A DNA stretch of 40,227 nucleotides from Pseudomonadota bacterium (GCA_021845555.1 JAJZVS010000001.1:1-40227); one strand, 5' to 3'; shown: positions 18,674 to 29,445, numbered from the stretch's first letter. The notes: generated from the sequence alone by a model not told the origin. Made by a program: numbers and translations.

Positions 18674-20173
18674 TCAGGCGGGCACCGACTTCTCCCGTTT
18701 GCGCTGCACCGAGCTCGGGATGCGCAGCGCCTCGCGGTATTTGGCCACGGTCCGCCGGGCAATGTCCACGCCTTCCTGGCGCAGCGCCGCCACCAGGTCG
18801 TCGTCCGACAGGACGCCGTGTGGCGGTTCCGCCTCGACCAGGGCGCGGATGCGGTGGCGCACCGTCTCGGCGCTGTGGGTTGCGCCGCCGTTCGTTCCTG
18901 CGATCGCGGTGGTAAAGAAATACTTGAGCTCGAAGGTGCCGCGCGGGGTGGCGATGTATTTGTTCGCGGTCACCCGGCTGACGGTGCTCTCGTGCAGTTC
19001 CACCTCGGCGGCGATGTCGCGCAGGATCAGCGGGCGGAGGTGGGCGATGCCGTGGCGCAGGAAGCCGTCCTGGCGGCGCACGATCTCGGCCGCCACCTTC
19101 AGGATCGTCTGGCTGCGCTGGGCCAGCGATTTCACCAGCCAGTTGGCGCTGGCCAGCTGCTCGGCCAGGAAGCCGCGGTCTTCCTTGGCGGCGCGCGGGG
19201 CGATGCGGGTGTAGAGCCCGCGGTTGGCCAGCACCCGCGGCAGCGTTTCGGGATTGAGTTCCAAGATCCAGCCGCCGGCGCCGTCCGGGCGCATCAGCAC
19301 GTCCGGGATGACCGGCACCATCGGCGTCCGGTCCCAGCTCCAGGCCGGCTTGGGATCGAGCGCGCGCAGTTCGGCGATCATCTCGGTCAAATCCTCGGCA
19401 TCGACGGCGCAGGCCGCCATCAGCCGGCGCATGTCGCGCTTCGCCAGCAGGTCGAGATGGTCGAGCAGCGCCGCCATCGCCGGATCGAGTCGGTTGCGTT
19501 CCGCCAGCTGCGCGGCGAGGCATTCCTTCAGGTCGCGCGCGAACAATCCGGTGGGGTCGAAATGCAGCATGCGCGCGCGCACCGCTTCCACCCGCTCCAC
19601 CGTCACGCCCATCGCGCCGGCGATCGCTTCTGGCGTGGCGGTAAGCCGCCCGGCGGGGCACAGCAGCGCGATCAGATGCGCGCCGATCAGCCGCTCGGCC
19701 GGATCGGCGAAATTGAGGCGGAGCTGCTCGCCGAGGTGTTCGCGCAAGGACGGGCGCTCGGCGGCGAAGGCTTCGATACCGCGGTCGTCCTCGGAGAAAT
19801 CGGTGGTCCCGCCATGTCCGGATCCGAACGCGGCCGGGCCGCCGTCGGCCGGTCCGCCGGCGTCGTAGGGTTCCGCGTGCTCGGCATCGAGCGGGGACTC
19901 GCCGGCGGCGGGCAGCGTGTCGGCCTGGGCGCGCTCGGCGGTATCGGCATCGGGCCGGTCGGGCAGCGGCGTCTGGTCGGGCGCGGCGCGCTCGCGGGGG
20001 ATCAGATCCTCGGCTTCGGCGCGTTCGAGCAGCGGGTTGCGTTCGAGCTCAGACTCGACGAAGGCGGCGACTTCGAGGTTGGAATATTGCAGCAGCTTGA
20101 TCGCCTGACGCAGCTGCGGCGTCATCACCAGCGATTGGCCCTGGCGGAGTTCGAGACGGGGGCCGATCGCCAT
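18674..20173 (-). CDS. rpoN: RNA polymerase sigma-54 factor
   Basis: QSLVMTPQLRQAIKLLQ, HESTVSR and the RpoN box ARRTVAKYRE. Confidence 0.98.
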   Translation of the reverse strand: MAIGPRLELRQGQSLVMTPQLRQAIKLLQYSNLEVAAFVESELERNPLLERAEAEDLIPRERAAPDQTPLPDRPDADTAERAQADTLPAAGESPLDAEHAEPYDAGGPADGGPAAFGSGHGGTTDFSEDDRGIEAFAAERPSLREHLGEQLRLNFADPAERLIGAHLIALLCPAGRLTATPEAIAGAMGVTVERVEAVRARMLHFDPTGLFARDLKECLAAQLAERNRLDPAMAALLDHLDLLAKRDMRRLMAACAVDAEDLTEMIAELRALDPKPAWSWDRTPMVPVIPDVLMRPDGAGGWILELNPETLPRVLANRGLYTRIAPRAAKEDRGFLAEQLASANWLVKSLAQRSQTILKVAAEIVRRQDGFLRHGIAHLRPLILRDIAAEVELHESTVSRVTANKYIATPRGTFELKYFFTTAIAGTNGGATHSAETVRHRIRALVEAEPPHGVLSDDDLVAALRQEGVDIARRTVAKYREALRIPSSVQRKREKSVPA

Positions 20174-20190
20174 GGTCGAAGGGTATCCGG

Positions 20191-21009
20191 TTACAGGCTG
20201 AACCGTTCGCCGAGATAGACGCGGCGCACGTCGGCGTGCGCGACCACCTCCTGCGGGCGGCCCTCCATCAGAACCTGGCCGTCGTGGAGGATATAGGCGC
20301 GGTCGATGATCTCCAGCGTTTCTCTAACGTTATGATCGGTGATCAGCACGCCGATGCCGCGATGCTTGAGGTGGGACACCAGATCGCGGATCTCCCCCAC
20401 CGCAATCGGATCGATGCCGGCCAGCGGCTCGTCGAGCAGGATGTAGGACGGCTGTGTCGCCAGCGCGCGGGCGATCTCCACCCGGCGGCGTTCGCCGCCC
20501 GAGAGCGCGAGCGCGGGGGTGCGGCGCAGGTGGCCGATGCCGAATTCGGCCAGCAGCTCGTCCAGCATGACGTCGCGGCGGTCGGCGTCGGGTTCCGCCA
20601 CTTCCAGCGCGGCCATGATGTTCTGCTCGACGTTCAGGCCGCGGAACACGCTGGCTTCCTGCGGCAGGTAGCCGATGCCGAGGCGGGCGCGGCGGTACAT
20701 CGGCAGCGCGGTGATGTCGGTGCCTTCCAGGCTGATCGCGCCGGTATCGGGGCGCACCAGGCCGACGATCATGTAGAAGGTGGTGGTCTTGCCGGCGCCG
20801 TTCGGACCGAGCAGGCCGACCGCCTCGCCGCGGCGGACCGTGATGGTGACGTTCCGCACCACCGGACGCTTGTTGTAGGTCTTGCCGACGCTGATTGCCG
20901 CGAGGCCGCCGCCGGCGGGCAGCACCCGTAGATCGGGACGGTTACGGTCCGATGCGGCGGCGGGAGGCAGGCGGGACTCGTGCGCGGCGCCCGGCGGGAG
21001 CGTGCTCAT
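20191..21009 (-). CDS. lptB: LPS export ABC transporter ATP-binding protein
   Basis: [32 protein letters not shown] and [11 protein letters not shown] motifs. Confidence 0.97.
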   Translation of the reverse strand: MSTLPPGAAHESRLPPAAASDRNRPDLRVLPAGGGLAAISVGKTYNKRPVVRNVTITVRRGEAVGLLGPNGAGKTTTFYMIVGLVRPDTGAISLEGTDITALPMYRRARLGIGYLPQEASVFRGLNVEQNIMAALEVAEPDADRRDVMLDELLAEFGIGHLRRTPALALSGGERRRVEIARALATQPSYILLDEPLAGIDPIAVGEIRDLVSHLKHRGIGVLITDHNVRETLEIIDRAYILHDGQVLMEGRPQEVVAHADVRRVYLGERFSL

Positions 21010-22094
21010 GGCCGGCTGCCCCCGGTTGCGGCCGCCGGGGGGGCGACGGGCGTGGCGGGCGTGGCCGGAGCGGGAGCGGGAGCGGGAGCGGTGCCTGGGG
21101 CGGGCGCGGTGCCCGGGGCAGAGGCGGAGGCGGGACCCATTTGCTTGCCGGCGTTCTCGGGCAGGATCAGCCCTTGCACGCGGCCCCGGCCGCCGGCCTG
21201 CAACTGCGCGACGCCGGTGCGCAGATCGACGATCGCCACCTGCCCGGTCAGCTGGTTCTGTCCACGGGTGATGTGGACATTGCCGATCAGCCGGGCGATC
21301 CCGGTCGCGGGGACATAGATGCCGCGATCGCCGGTGACGATATCGGTAGGCGTCCGCAACGAGACGTGGCCGAACGCCTCGACCTTCTTCAGCTGCCCGG
21401 TCCCGGCGGCGGCCGTGCCGGAGGCGCCGGTTGCGGCCGGTCCGGCGGCGGAGGGGGCCGTATAGGCCACCAGCACGTCGGCCGAGATGCGTCGCGCGTC
21501 GCGCGTCACCACCACCGCGTCGCCGCGCGCCACCGCCATGTGTTTGGCGGACCAGTATTCCAGGTCGTCGCGCGCCGTCAGCACGTCGTTCGGCGTGGTG
21601 AGGCGCAGATCGTGCCCGGTCATCACCAGCACGGCCTGATCGAGGTCATACACCGCGCGGTCGCACCGCGCCCGCTGGGTCGGGGTGAAGATGTGCACGT
21701 TTCCTTCGGCCTCGAGCCGGTAGATCTCGTTGCCCGAGGTATCGCCGGTGCCGGGCAGCGCCTCGGTCCCGGGCGGTGCTCCGGGCGGCTTCGCGGCGGG
21801 TTGCGGGGTCGCGGCGCCGGCCTTCTTGCGGTACCACGCCATCAGGCGATCGGCCGTTACGGTGGTGTCCTGGCGGGAAGCGCGCGCGTCGCCATGCGCG
21901 ATCACCTCGTGCTGGGCGCGCAGCCATTCCAGCCCGTCCCGCGCGGTGATGGTGATCGGCCCGCCTTGCGTGAGGTCGATGCCCTGGGCTGCGGCCGGGC
22001 CGCAGCCGGCGGCGGCGATCGCGGCCAGCAGCCCCGCGGCGGCAACCAGGCGGCGGAGGCCGCCGCGCGCGGCCGGTCCTGTCGGGGGGCTCAT
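21006..22094 (-). CDS. lptA: LPS transport periplasmic protein LptA (two OstA-like repeats)
   Basis: Signal peptide, two beta-jellyroll-like units (AHGDARA...ADRL...EAEGNV and ARGDAVV...ADVL...EAFGHV), and position between lptC and lptB. Confidence 0.85.
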   Translation of the reverse strand: MSPPTGPAARGGLRRLVAAAGLLAAIAAAGCGPAAAQGIDLTQGGPITITARDGLEWLRAQHEVIAHGDARASRQDTTVTADRLMAWYRKKAGAATPQPAAKPPGAPPGTEALPGTGDTSGNEIYRLEAEGNVHIFTPTQRARCDRAVYDLDQAVLVMTGHDLRLTTPNDVLTARDDLEYWSAKHMAVARGDAVVVTRDARRISADVLVAYTAPSAAGPAATGASGTAAAGTGQLKKVEAFGHVSLRTPTDIVTGDRGIYVPATGIARLIGNVHITRGQNQLTGQVAIVDLRTGVAQLQAGGRGRVQGLILPENAGKQMGPASASAPGTAPAPGTAPAPAPAPATPATPVAPPAAATGGSRP

Positions 22095-22822
22095 CGGGAG
22101 GCTCCATCCAGCACCAGCCGGACCGGGCCGGCGAATTGCAGGCTGTCGCCGCGGTCGAGCAGGGTGAATCCGCCCTGGGCGGTGAGCTTGCCGAACGGGC
22201 CGGTGGCGTGCACCGGCGCCGCGCCGGCGGCGGCGCCGTGGCGCAGGTCGATCGCGGCGCTGTCGGTCATCACGGTGGTGCCGTCGTCGCGATACAGGGT
22301 GACGTCGCGCGACAGATCGAGCGCGTTCTCGTTCTGCCGGTACACCCCGCGCCGCGACTGGAGCATCATCCACGCGCCGCCTTGCAGCGTGATGTCGCCC
22401 TTCGGGTGGTGCAGCACCACGTGATCGGGGTTGAGCTGGCGGGCGATTTCGGCGGTGACCGTGAACGGCTGGCCCTGCTGATCGACGCCGTGGTAGCGGG
22501 CCTCGAACAGCGTGTCCCCGTGCACGGCGCCGGCGAAGCGCTGCAAGCCGATGCGCGCGTGCTCGGTCTGCCGGCGCAGGTCCGGCCAGAGCGCCAGTGC
22601 CACCAGCAAGCCCAAGGCCAGGCTGGGCAGCAGCAGCTTGGTCAGCCGGATCGCCAACCGCCGCCGGGCCAGCCGGCGCGGACTGGGCAGGCGGCGCAGC
22701 TGCGTCAGCGCCTGGCTCATCGCCGACAGGCGAGTACCGGGTGTCGGCGTGCCCTTCGCCGCGGCCGTGGGAAGGGGCGGGGGGGCGCCAAGCTCCGTCA
22801 CGGGCCGGCGGGCCCCGCTCAT
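22091..22822 (-). CDS. lptC: LPS export protein LptC
   Basis: Single N-terminal TM helix, ARYHGVDQQGQPFTVTA and DVTLYRDDG; operon position; ATGA overlaps at both ends. Confidence 0.85.
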   Translation of the reverse strand: MSGARRPVTELGAPPPLPTAAAKGTPTPGTRLSAMSQALTQLRRLPSPRRLARRRLAIRLTKLLLPSLALGLLVALALWPDLRRQTEHARIGLQRFAGAVHGDTLFEARYHGVDQQGQPFTVTAEIARQLNPDHVVLHHPKGDITLQGGAWMMLQSRRGVYRQNENALDLSRDVTLYRDDGTTVMTDSAAIDLRHGAAAGAAPVHATGPFGKLTAQGGFTLLDRGDSLQFAGPVRLVLDGASR

Positions 22823-23781
22823 CCGAGCCCCGCGCGCAGCAGATCGTGGATATGCAGGATGCCGACCGGCCGGCCGGCGGGATCGACCACGAACAGGCTG
22901 GTGACCGGGCGGGCCGGCGCGTTCATCGTGGCCAGCGCCTCGACCGCCATCGCCTCGGCGCCGATCACGCGCGGCTGTTCGGTCATCACCTCTGCGACGC
23001 GGCGGGTCAGCAGCTCTGGTCCCATGTGCCGGCGCAGGTCGCCATCCGTCACCACGCCCGCCAGCAGCCCGTCCGCGCCCACCACGCCGAGGCAGCCGAA
23101 GCGCTTTTCGGTCATCAGCAGCAGGGCGCGGTCCATGCGGGTCTCGGGCGAGGCCAGCGGCACCGCGTCCCCGCTGTGCATCAGTTCGCGCACGCGCCGC
23201 AGCCGCGCGCCCAGCCGCCCGCCGGGGTGGAAGCGGCGGAACTCGGTCGCGGTGAAGCCGCGTCGGGTGAGCAGCGCCACCGCCAGCGCGTCGCCGAGCG
23301 CCATCTGCATCAGCGTGCTGGTGGTGGGCGCAAGGCCCATCGGGCAGGCCTCGGCGGCGGGCGGCAGCAGCAGCACCACGTCGGCGGCCTGCGCCAGGGC
23401 CGAGCCAGCGCCAGCGGTGACCGCCACCAGTGGCAAGCCGAAGCGCCGGGTATGCGCCACCAGATCGGCCAGTTCGGGGGTCTCGCCGGAATTGGACAGC
23501 GCCAGCACCGCGTCCCCGGCGACGATCATGCCGAGATCGCCGTGCGAGGCCTCGGCCGGATGCACGAACAGGGCCGGGGTGCCGGTGGAGGCCAGGGTGG
23601 CGGCGATCTTGCGCCCGACATGGCCGGACTTGCCCATGCCGGAGACGACCACCCGCCCGGCGGCCTCGGCCAGCAGCGCCACCGCGCGGGCGAACCGCTC
23701 GTCGAGCGCGGCGGCCAGGGCGCGCAGCCCCGCCGCCTCGGTGGCCAGCACGGACCGCGCCACTTCGAGTTCGGTGGGCAC
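22819..23781 (-). CDS. kdsD: arabinose-5-phosphate isomerase (KpsF/GutQ; SIS + 2 CBS); start uncertain
   Basis: GMGKSGH, STGTPA, EASHGDLG, APTTST and HPGGRLG motifs plus a CBS pair. Start is either GTG 23781 (no SD) or non-canonical ATC 23808 (with SD). Confidence 0.93.
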   Translation of the reverse strand: MPTELEVARSVLATEAAGLRALAAALDERFARAVALLAEAAGRVVVSGMGKSGHVGRKIAATLASTGTPALFVHPAEASHGDLGMIVAGDAVLALSNSGETPELADLVAHTRRFGLPLVAVTAGAGSALAQAADVVLLLPPAAEACPMGLAPTTSTLMQMALGDALAVALLTRRGFTATEFRRFHPGGRLGARLRRVRELMHSGDAVPLASPETRMDRALLLMTEKRFGCLGVVGADGLLAGVVTDGDLRRHMGPELLTRRVAEVMTEQPRVIGAEAMAVEALATMNAPARPVTSLFVVDPAGRPVGILHIHDLLRAGLG

Positions 23782-23836
23782 GGGAGCGAGAGCGGCGGGC
23801 GTGGCGATCGGAGCGGTCCTTGTTGCGGCTCGTCTC

Positions 23837-23865
23837 TGTATGGGTCGCGGTCCGGGGCCGGTCAA
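23837..23865 (-). promoter_or_regulatory. putative sigma70-type promoter of the kdsD-lpt-rpoN operon
   Basis: Minus strand reads TTGACC-N17-CATACA. Confidence 0.5.
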
Positions 23866-23882
23866 CCATGCGGGAGGGCGCG

Positions 23883-23899
23883 AACAAATTTCGTGCCAG
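23883..23899 (-). promoter_or_regulatory. sigma54-like -24/-12 box (variant)
   Basis: Minus strand reads CTGGCACGAAATTTGTT against the consensus TGGCACG-N4-TTGC(A/T); the -12 dinucleotide is GT instead of GC. Confidence 0.4.
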
Positions 23900-23916
23900 A
23901 ATGTGACACTCCGTAA

Positions 23917-25026
<1,110 letters not shown>

Positions 25027-25029
25027 CGG

Positions 25030-25611
25030 ATGCTGACGCTCTATTTCACCCCGGGATCGAGTTCGCTCGCCGCGCATATCGCGCTGCACGAGGTGGGCGC
25101 GACGTTCGACGCCCGTCCGATCTCGCTGCAAAAGGGGGAGCAGCGCAACCCCGAGTTTCTGGCGCTCAACCCGTTGGGCAAGGTGCCGCTGCTGCTGATC
25201 GACGGCAGGCCGCTGACCGAGGTGGCGGGCATCCTGTGGTACCTCGCCCGCCGCTTCCCCGCGGCCGGGCTGCTGCCGGCGGGCGATCCCGAGGCGGAGG
25301 CGCAGGTCGTGTCCTGGATGTCCTTCGTCGCCTCCACCCTGCACCCGGCGCGCGGGGCGGCGATGGAGCAGGCGTTGGCCGCCTTCGGCGTGGCGGAGAC
25401 GCGGCTGGGGGAGCGGGACTGGGCGGTGGGGGCGTATTCGATCGCTGATATCCATCTGTTCCGGCTGTTCTGGCGCTTCACCGGATCGCGCCATCCGGCG
25501 CCGGGGACGTTCCCCCGGCTGGAGGCGCATGCCGCGCGGGTGATGGCACGCCCGGCAGTGCGGCGGACCTTCGAAGCGGAGGCGGCGGCCGGGTACGAAC
25601 TGCCAGGCTGA
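25030..25611 (+). CDS. glutathione S-transferase family protein
   Basis: LYFTPGSSSLAAHIALHE, NPLGKVP, LTEVAGI and YSIADI motifs. Confidence 0.92.
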   Translation: MLTLYFTPGSSSLAAHIALHEVGATFDARPISLQKGEQRNPEFLALNPLGKVPLLLIDGRPLTEVAGILWYLARRFPAAGLLPAGDPEAEAQVVSWMSFVASTLHPARGAAMEQALAAFGVAETRLGERDWAVGAYSIADIHLFRLFWRFTGSRHPAPGTFPRLEAHAARVMARPAVRRTFEAEAAAGYELPG

Positions 25612-25615
25612 GGAC

Positions 25616-25644
25616 TGGACAAAGCTACGGAAGTCCCGCATAAA
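25616..25644 (+). promoter_or_regulatory. putative leaderless promoter and operator of the TA module
   Basis: TGGACA-N17-CATAAA ends 5 nt before ATG 25650. An imperfect palindrome TACGG-aagtc-CCGCA (25626-25640) overlaps the -10. Confidence 0.5.
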
Positions 25645-25649
25645 CGGGC

Positions 25650-25950
25650 ATGACGAGCGATCTGGCGTTCGTCTGGGATGACGCCAAGGCGGCCAGCAAT
25701 CTCGCCAAGCACGGCGTGTCGTTCGCCTATGCGACCCGTGTCCTCCTGGATGCCGCCCGCGTCGATCTGGACGCGACCCGGCCGGGGGACGGGGAGGTTC
25801 GCAGCAGGGCGATCGGGGAGATCGAAGGCCGGTGTTCGCTGTCGTCTATACGCGCCGCGACGGTGCGATCCGGATCATCTCCCCCCCCCCCGCCGCTGCA
25901 ACGCCAGGGAAAGCAAAGCCTATGGTCCGGTTCACGCTCGATCCAGGTAA
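25650..25950 (+). pseudogene. BrnT-family (DUF497) ribonuclease toxin, doubly frameshifted
   Basis: Frame A: FVWDDAKAASNLAKHGVSF...EVRSRAIGEIEGR. Frame B: VFAVVYTRRDGAIRIIS. Frame [12 protein letters not shown]. Breaks lie at ~25832 and at the C11 tract 25881-25891. Confidence 0.85.
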
Positions 25951-26326
25951 CCCGCCGCGGCAGGCCCCCGCCGAACAGGCGCGCCTGGCCCGCGCGACCG
26001 ACGCGGCACTGACCGCGGCGGCGGCGGCCAACCCCGATAATCCCCCCCTCTCGGCCGAGGAGCTGGCGCGTCTGGAGGGGGCTCGCCTCGTGCGTGCGGT
26101 GCGCGCCCATACCGGACTGAGCCAGGCGCGGTTCGCCCGCGCCTATCATATCAATGTCGCTCGCCTTCGCGACCTGGAGCAGGGGCGGACCCGGCCCGAC
26201 AGCGCCCTGCTGGCTTATCTGGCGGTGATCGATCGCGAGCCGGCGGCGGTGGAACGAGCCTTGGGTCGGCGCGACCGATCCCCCGCCTGGGCCGGGGGTT
26301 GCAGCGCTTCCAGCCGGACGCCATAG
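25922..26326 (+). CDS. XRE-family HTH antitoxin / transcriptional regulator
   Basis: [12 protein letters not shown] followed by the HTH region [34 protein letters not shown]; overlaps the toxin 3' end. Confidence 0.88.
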   Translation: MVRFTLDPGNPPRQAPAEQARLARATDAALTAAAAANPDNPPLSAEELARLEGARLVRAVRAHTGLSQARFARAYHINVARLRDLEQGRTRPDSALLAYLAVIDREPAAVERALGRRDRSPAWAGGCSASSRTP

Positions 26327-26327
26327 A
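26299..26327 (+). promoter_or_regulatory. putative thrS promoter
   Basis: TTGCAG-N17-CATAGA, ending 36 nt upstream of the thrS ATG. Confidence 0.45.
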
Positions 26328-26363
26328 CCAACCGAGATTCCCGTTCCCGGAGACCCCGCGCCC

Positions 26364-28295
26364 ATGCCCGCCATCACCCTGCCCGACGGTTCCGTGCGCC
26401 ACTTTCCCGCACCCGTCACCGGCACCGCGGTGGCCGAGGCGATCGGCCCCGGCCTCGCCCGCGCCGCGCTGGCGATGAAGCTCGACGGCAAGCTGGTCGA
26501 TCTGGCCACCGAGATCACCCGCGACGCCTCAGTGGTTTTCGTCACCCGCCGCGATCCGGACGCGCTGGAATTGATCCGCCACGACGCCGCGCATGTGCTG
26601 GCCGAGGCCGTGCAGGCGCTGTTCCCCGGCACCCAGGTGACCATCGGCCCGTCGATCGACAACGGCTTCTACTACGACTTCGCCCGCAACGAGCCGTTCA
26701 CGCCGGAGGACTTCCCGGCGATCGAGGCGAAGATGCGCGAGATCGTCGCCCGCGGCGCCGCGTTCAAGCGCCGCGTGATCGACCGCGACGACGCGATCCG
26801 CTTCTTCCAGGACAAGGGCGAGAAGTACAAGGCCGAGCTGATCCAGGACCTGCCGAAGACCGAGGCGATCAGCCTCTATACGCAAGGCGACTGGGTCGAT
26901 CTCTGCCGCGGCCCGCATCTGCGCACCACCGCGGACGTGGGGCCGGCGTTCAAGCTGATGAAGGTGGCCGGCGCCTATTGGCGCGGCGATCACCGCAACG
27001 CCATGCTGAGCCGCATCTACGGCACCGCCTGGCGCGACCAGAAGGAGCTCGACGCCTACCTCCACCAGCTGGAGGAAGCCGAGCGCCGCGACCACCGCCG
27101 GATCGGCAAGGAAATGGACCTGTTCCATATCCAGGAGGAGGCGGTCGGCAGCATCTTCTGGCACCCGAACGGCTGGCGCCTGTATCGCATTGCCGAATCC
27201 TACATGCGCCGCCGGCTGGACGCTGCCGGCTACCAGGAGGTGCGCACGCCGCAGCTGGTCGATCGGGCGCTCTGGGAAGCCTCCGGCCATTGGGAGAAGT
27301 TCCGCGAGCACATGTTCATCGCCCGGGTCGAGGACGAGGACAAAGTCCTCGCCCTGAAGCCGATGAACTGCCCCTGCCACGTGCAGATCTTCCGCCAGGG
27401 CGTGCGGTCGTACCGCGAGCTGCCGCTGCGCATGGCCGAATTCGGCGCCTGCCACCGCTACGAACCCTCGGGCGCTTTGCACGGCATCATGCGGGTGCGC
27501 GCGTTCACCCAGGACGACGCCCATATCTTCTGCACAGAAGACCAGATCGCCGACGAGACGGTGCGCTTCGTCGCGCTGCTGTCCTCGATCTACGCCGATT
27601 TCGGCTTCCCCGAGTTCAAGGTGAAGTTCTCCGACCGCCCCGCCGTGCGCGCCGGCGAGGACGCGGTCTGGGACCGCGCCGAGTCCGCGCTGCGCGAAGC
27701 CTGCGCCACCGCCGGCGTGGACTACACCCTGAACCCCGGGGAGGGCGCGTTCTACGGCCCCAAGCTGGAATTCGTCCTGCGCGACGCGATCGGGCGGGAC
27801 TGGCAATGCGGCACCCTGCAGGTGGATTTCGTCCTGCCGGAACGGCTGGACGCCGAATACACCGCCGCCGACGGCGCCCGTCGCCGCCCGGTGATGTTGC
27901 ACCGGGCGATCCTGGGCAGTTTCGAGCGCTTCCTGGGCATCCTGATCGAGCAATACGCCGGCCGCTTCCCGCTCTGGCTCGCCCCGGTGCAGGCGGTGGT
28001 GGCGACCATCGTCTCCGACGCCGATGCCTATGCCGGAGAGGTCGCCGCGGCGCTGGGCCGGGCCGGGATCATGGTGGTGCAGGACCTCGGCAACCAGAAG
28101 ATCAACGCCAAGGTCCGCACCCACAGCCTGGCCCATGTGCCGGTCCTGGTGGTGGTGGGACGCAAGGAAGCCGAGACGCGTACGGTTGCCCTGCGCCGGC
28201 TGGGCAGCCAGGCGCAGCAGGTGCTCCCGCTGGACGCCGCGGTGGCGGCCCTTGCGACGGAGGCGACGCCGCCCGATCTGATCCGGAGCATGTGA
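26364..28295 (+). CDS. thrS: threonine--tRNA ligase
   Basis: TGS domain (ITLPDGS), [30 protein letters not shown] and [11 protein letters not shown] motifs. Confidence 0.98.
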   Translation: MPAITLPDGSVRHFPAPVTGTAVAEAIGPGLARAALAMKLDGKLVDLATEITRDASVVFVTRRDPDALELIRHDAAHVLAEAVQALFPGTQVTIGPSIDNGFYYDFARNEPFTPEDFPAIEAKMREIVARGAAFKRRVIDRDDAIRFFQDKGEKYKAELIQDLPKTEAISLYTQGDWVDLCRGPHLRTTADVGPAFKLMKVAGAYWRGDHRNAMLSRIYGTAWRDQKELDAYLHQLEEAERRDHRRIGKEMDLFHIQEEAVGSIFWHPNGWRLYRIAESYMRRRLDAAGYQEVRTPQLVDRALWEASGHWEKFREHMFIARVEDEDKVLALKPMNCPCHVQIFRQGVRSYRELPLRMAEFGACHRYEPSGALHGIMRVRAFTQDDAHIFCTEDQIADETVRFVALLSSIYADFGFPEFKVKFSDRPAVRAGEDAVWDRAESALREACATAGVDYTLNPGEGAFYGPKLEFVLRDAIGRDWQCGTLQVDFVLPERLDAEYTAADGARRRPVMLHRAILGSFERFLGILIEQYAGRFPLWLAPVQAVVATIVSDADAYAGEVAAALGRAGIMVVQDLGNQKINAKVRTHSLAHVPVLVVVGRKEAETRTVALRRLGSQAQQVLPLDAAVAALATEATPPDLIRSM

Positions 28296-28452
28296 GCCGC
28301 GCGGCCACGATCCGCTTGACAAGCCCGGCCTGGACGGCGCTTAGGCGGGACGCTGGGTCGCGCCGCCCTGGCTTGATCCGGGGGGGCTTGATCGGCCACA
28401 CTCTCTCCGGTCGTGAACCGACCGGCCGCTGCAACAACGACAGGAGAAGACC

Positions 28453-28989
28453 ATAGCAAGAGGACCGATGGCCGCGTCGCCAACCCGCGACGGGCCCCGC
28501 GTGAACGAGGAAATCCGCGTCCCGCAAGTGCGCCTGATCGACCAGGACGGCGAGATGCAGGGGGTGATGAGCACGCGGGACGCGCAGAGCCGCGCCTTCG
28601 CCGTGGGCCTCGACCTGGTGGAGATCAGCCCCAACGCCGAGCCGCCGGTCGCCAAGATCCTGGACTTCGGCAAGTTCAAATACGAACAGCAGAAGAAAAA
28701 GAACGAGGCCAAGAAGAAGCAGAAGGTCATCGAGATCAAGGAGATCAAGGTCCGCCCCAATATCGACGAGAACGACTATCAGGTGAAGATGCGCGCCATG
28801 AAGTCGTTCATCGAGGAGGGGGACAAGGTCAAGGTGACGCTGCGCTTCCGTGGCCGCGAGATGGCGCACCAGGAGATCGGCGCCCGCGTGCTGGAGCGTA
28901 TCCGCGAGGAAATGGACCCGGTCACCAAGGTCGAGCAGTTCCCGCGGATGGAAAACCGCCAGATGGTGATGGTGCTGTCGCCGCGCTGA
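28453..28989 (+). CDS. infC: translation initiation factor IF-3 (probable ATA start; first ATG at 28468)
   Basis: [33 protein letters not shown] and RFRGRE motifs. AGGAG lies 6 nt before an in-frame ATA. Confidence 0.96.
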   Translation: MARGPMAASPTRDGPRVNEEIRVPQVRLIDQDGEMQGVMSTRDAQSRAFAVGLDLVEISPNAEPPVAKILDFGKFKYEQQKKKNEAKKKQKVIEIKEIKVRPNIDENDYQVKMRAMKSFIEEGDKVKVTLRFRGREMAHQEIGARVLERIREEMDPVTKVEQFPRMENRQMVMVLSPR

Positions 28990-29002
28990 GCGGCGACGCC
29001 CT

Positions 29003-29197
29003 TTACGGCGCCCGGTTGGTGGCGAGGGCGCGGGCGTTGTCGCGCTGCATCCGCATCCCGTGCAGGATGACCGCGACATCCTGCCGCACCCGCTGGTTCC
29101 GCCCGCTGATCCAGTCCGCCAGGCCCTGGCCGCCCGGCGCGGCGGCGGCGCAGCCGGTCAGGCAGGCGAGGAGCAGCAGCAGGGGTATCTGGCGCAT
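29003..29197 (-). CDS. putative small lipoprotein
   Basis: 64 aa, MRQIPLLLLLACLTG-C: basic residue, hydrophobic stretch and LTGC lipobox; fills an otherwise empty gap. Confidence 0.55.
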   Translation of the reverse strand: MRQIPLLLLLACLTGCAAAAPGGQGLADWISGRNQRVRQDVAVILHGMRMQRDNARALATNRAP

Positions 29198-29445
29198 CGC
29201 ACGGTCTCGGTTCGGACAGGGTCCTCCTCTACACGGATCGCTCGGGCGTTGCCAGTCTTGCCGCTATCCGGCGCAAATCCTTATTTTTTCGACGGTTGCC
29301 GACTGCCGTCGGGTTCCCCGCGAGATCCGGCCGTGACGGGAACGCTTCGGTCCGGTACGAAGACGGGTGCGCGCACGAAGCGCTGCCTTCGCCCCCCCCG
29401 TCGAAAGATGCTTGACTTCCGTCGCGCGGCGGACCATCTGGCCGA

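Noticed and set aside
21040..21130. Short tandem repeats as a VNTR or CRISPR-like array
   Set aside because: They are in-frame 6-18-nt repeats encoding the Pro/Ala tail of LptA, with no spacers and no cas genes.
26327..26363. T-box or tRNA-mimic operator upstream of thrS
   Set aside because: The leader is too short and has no recognisable structure.
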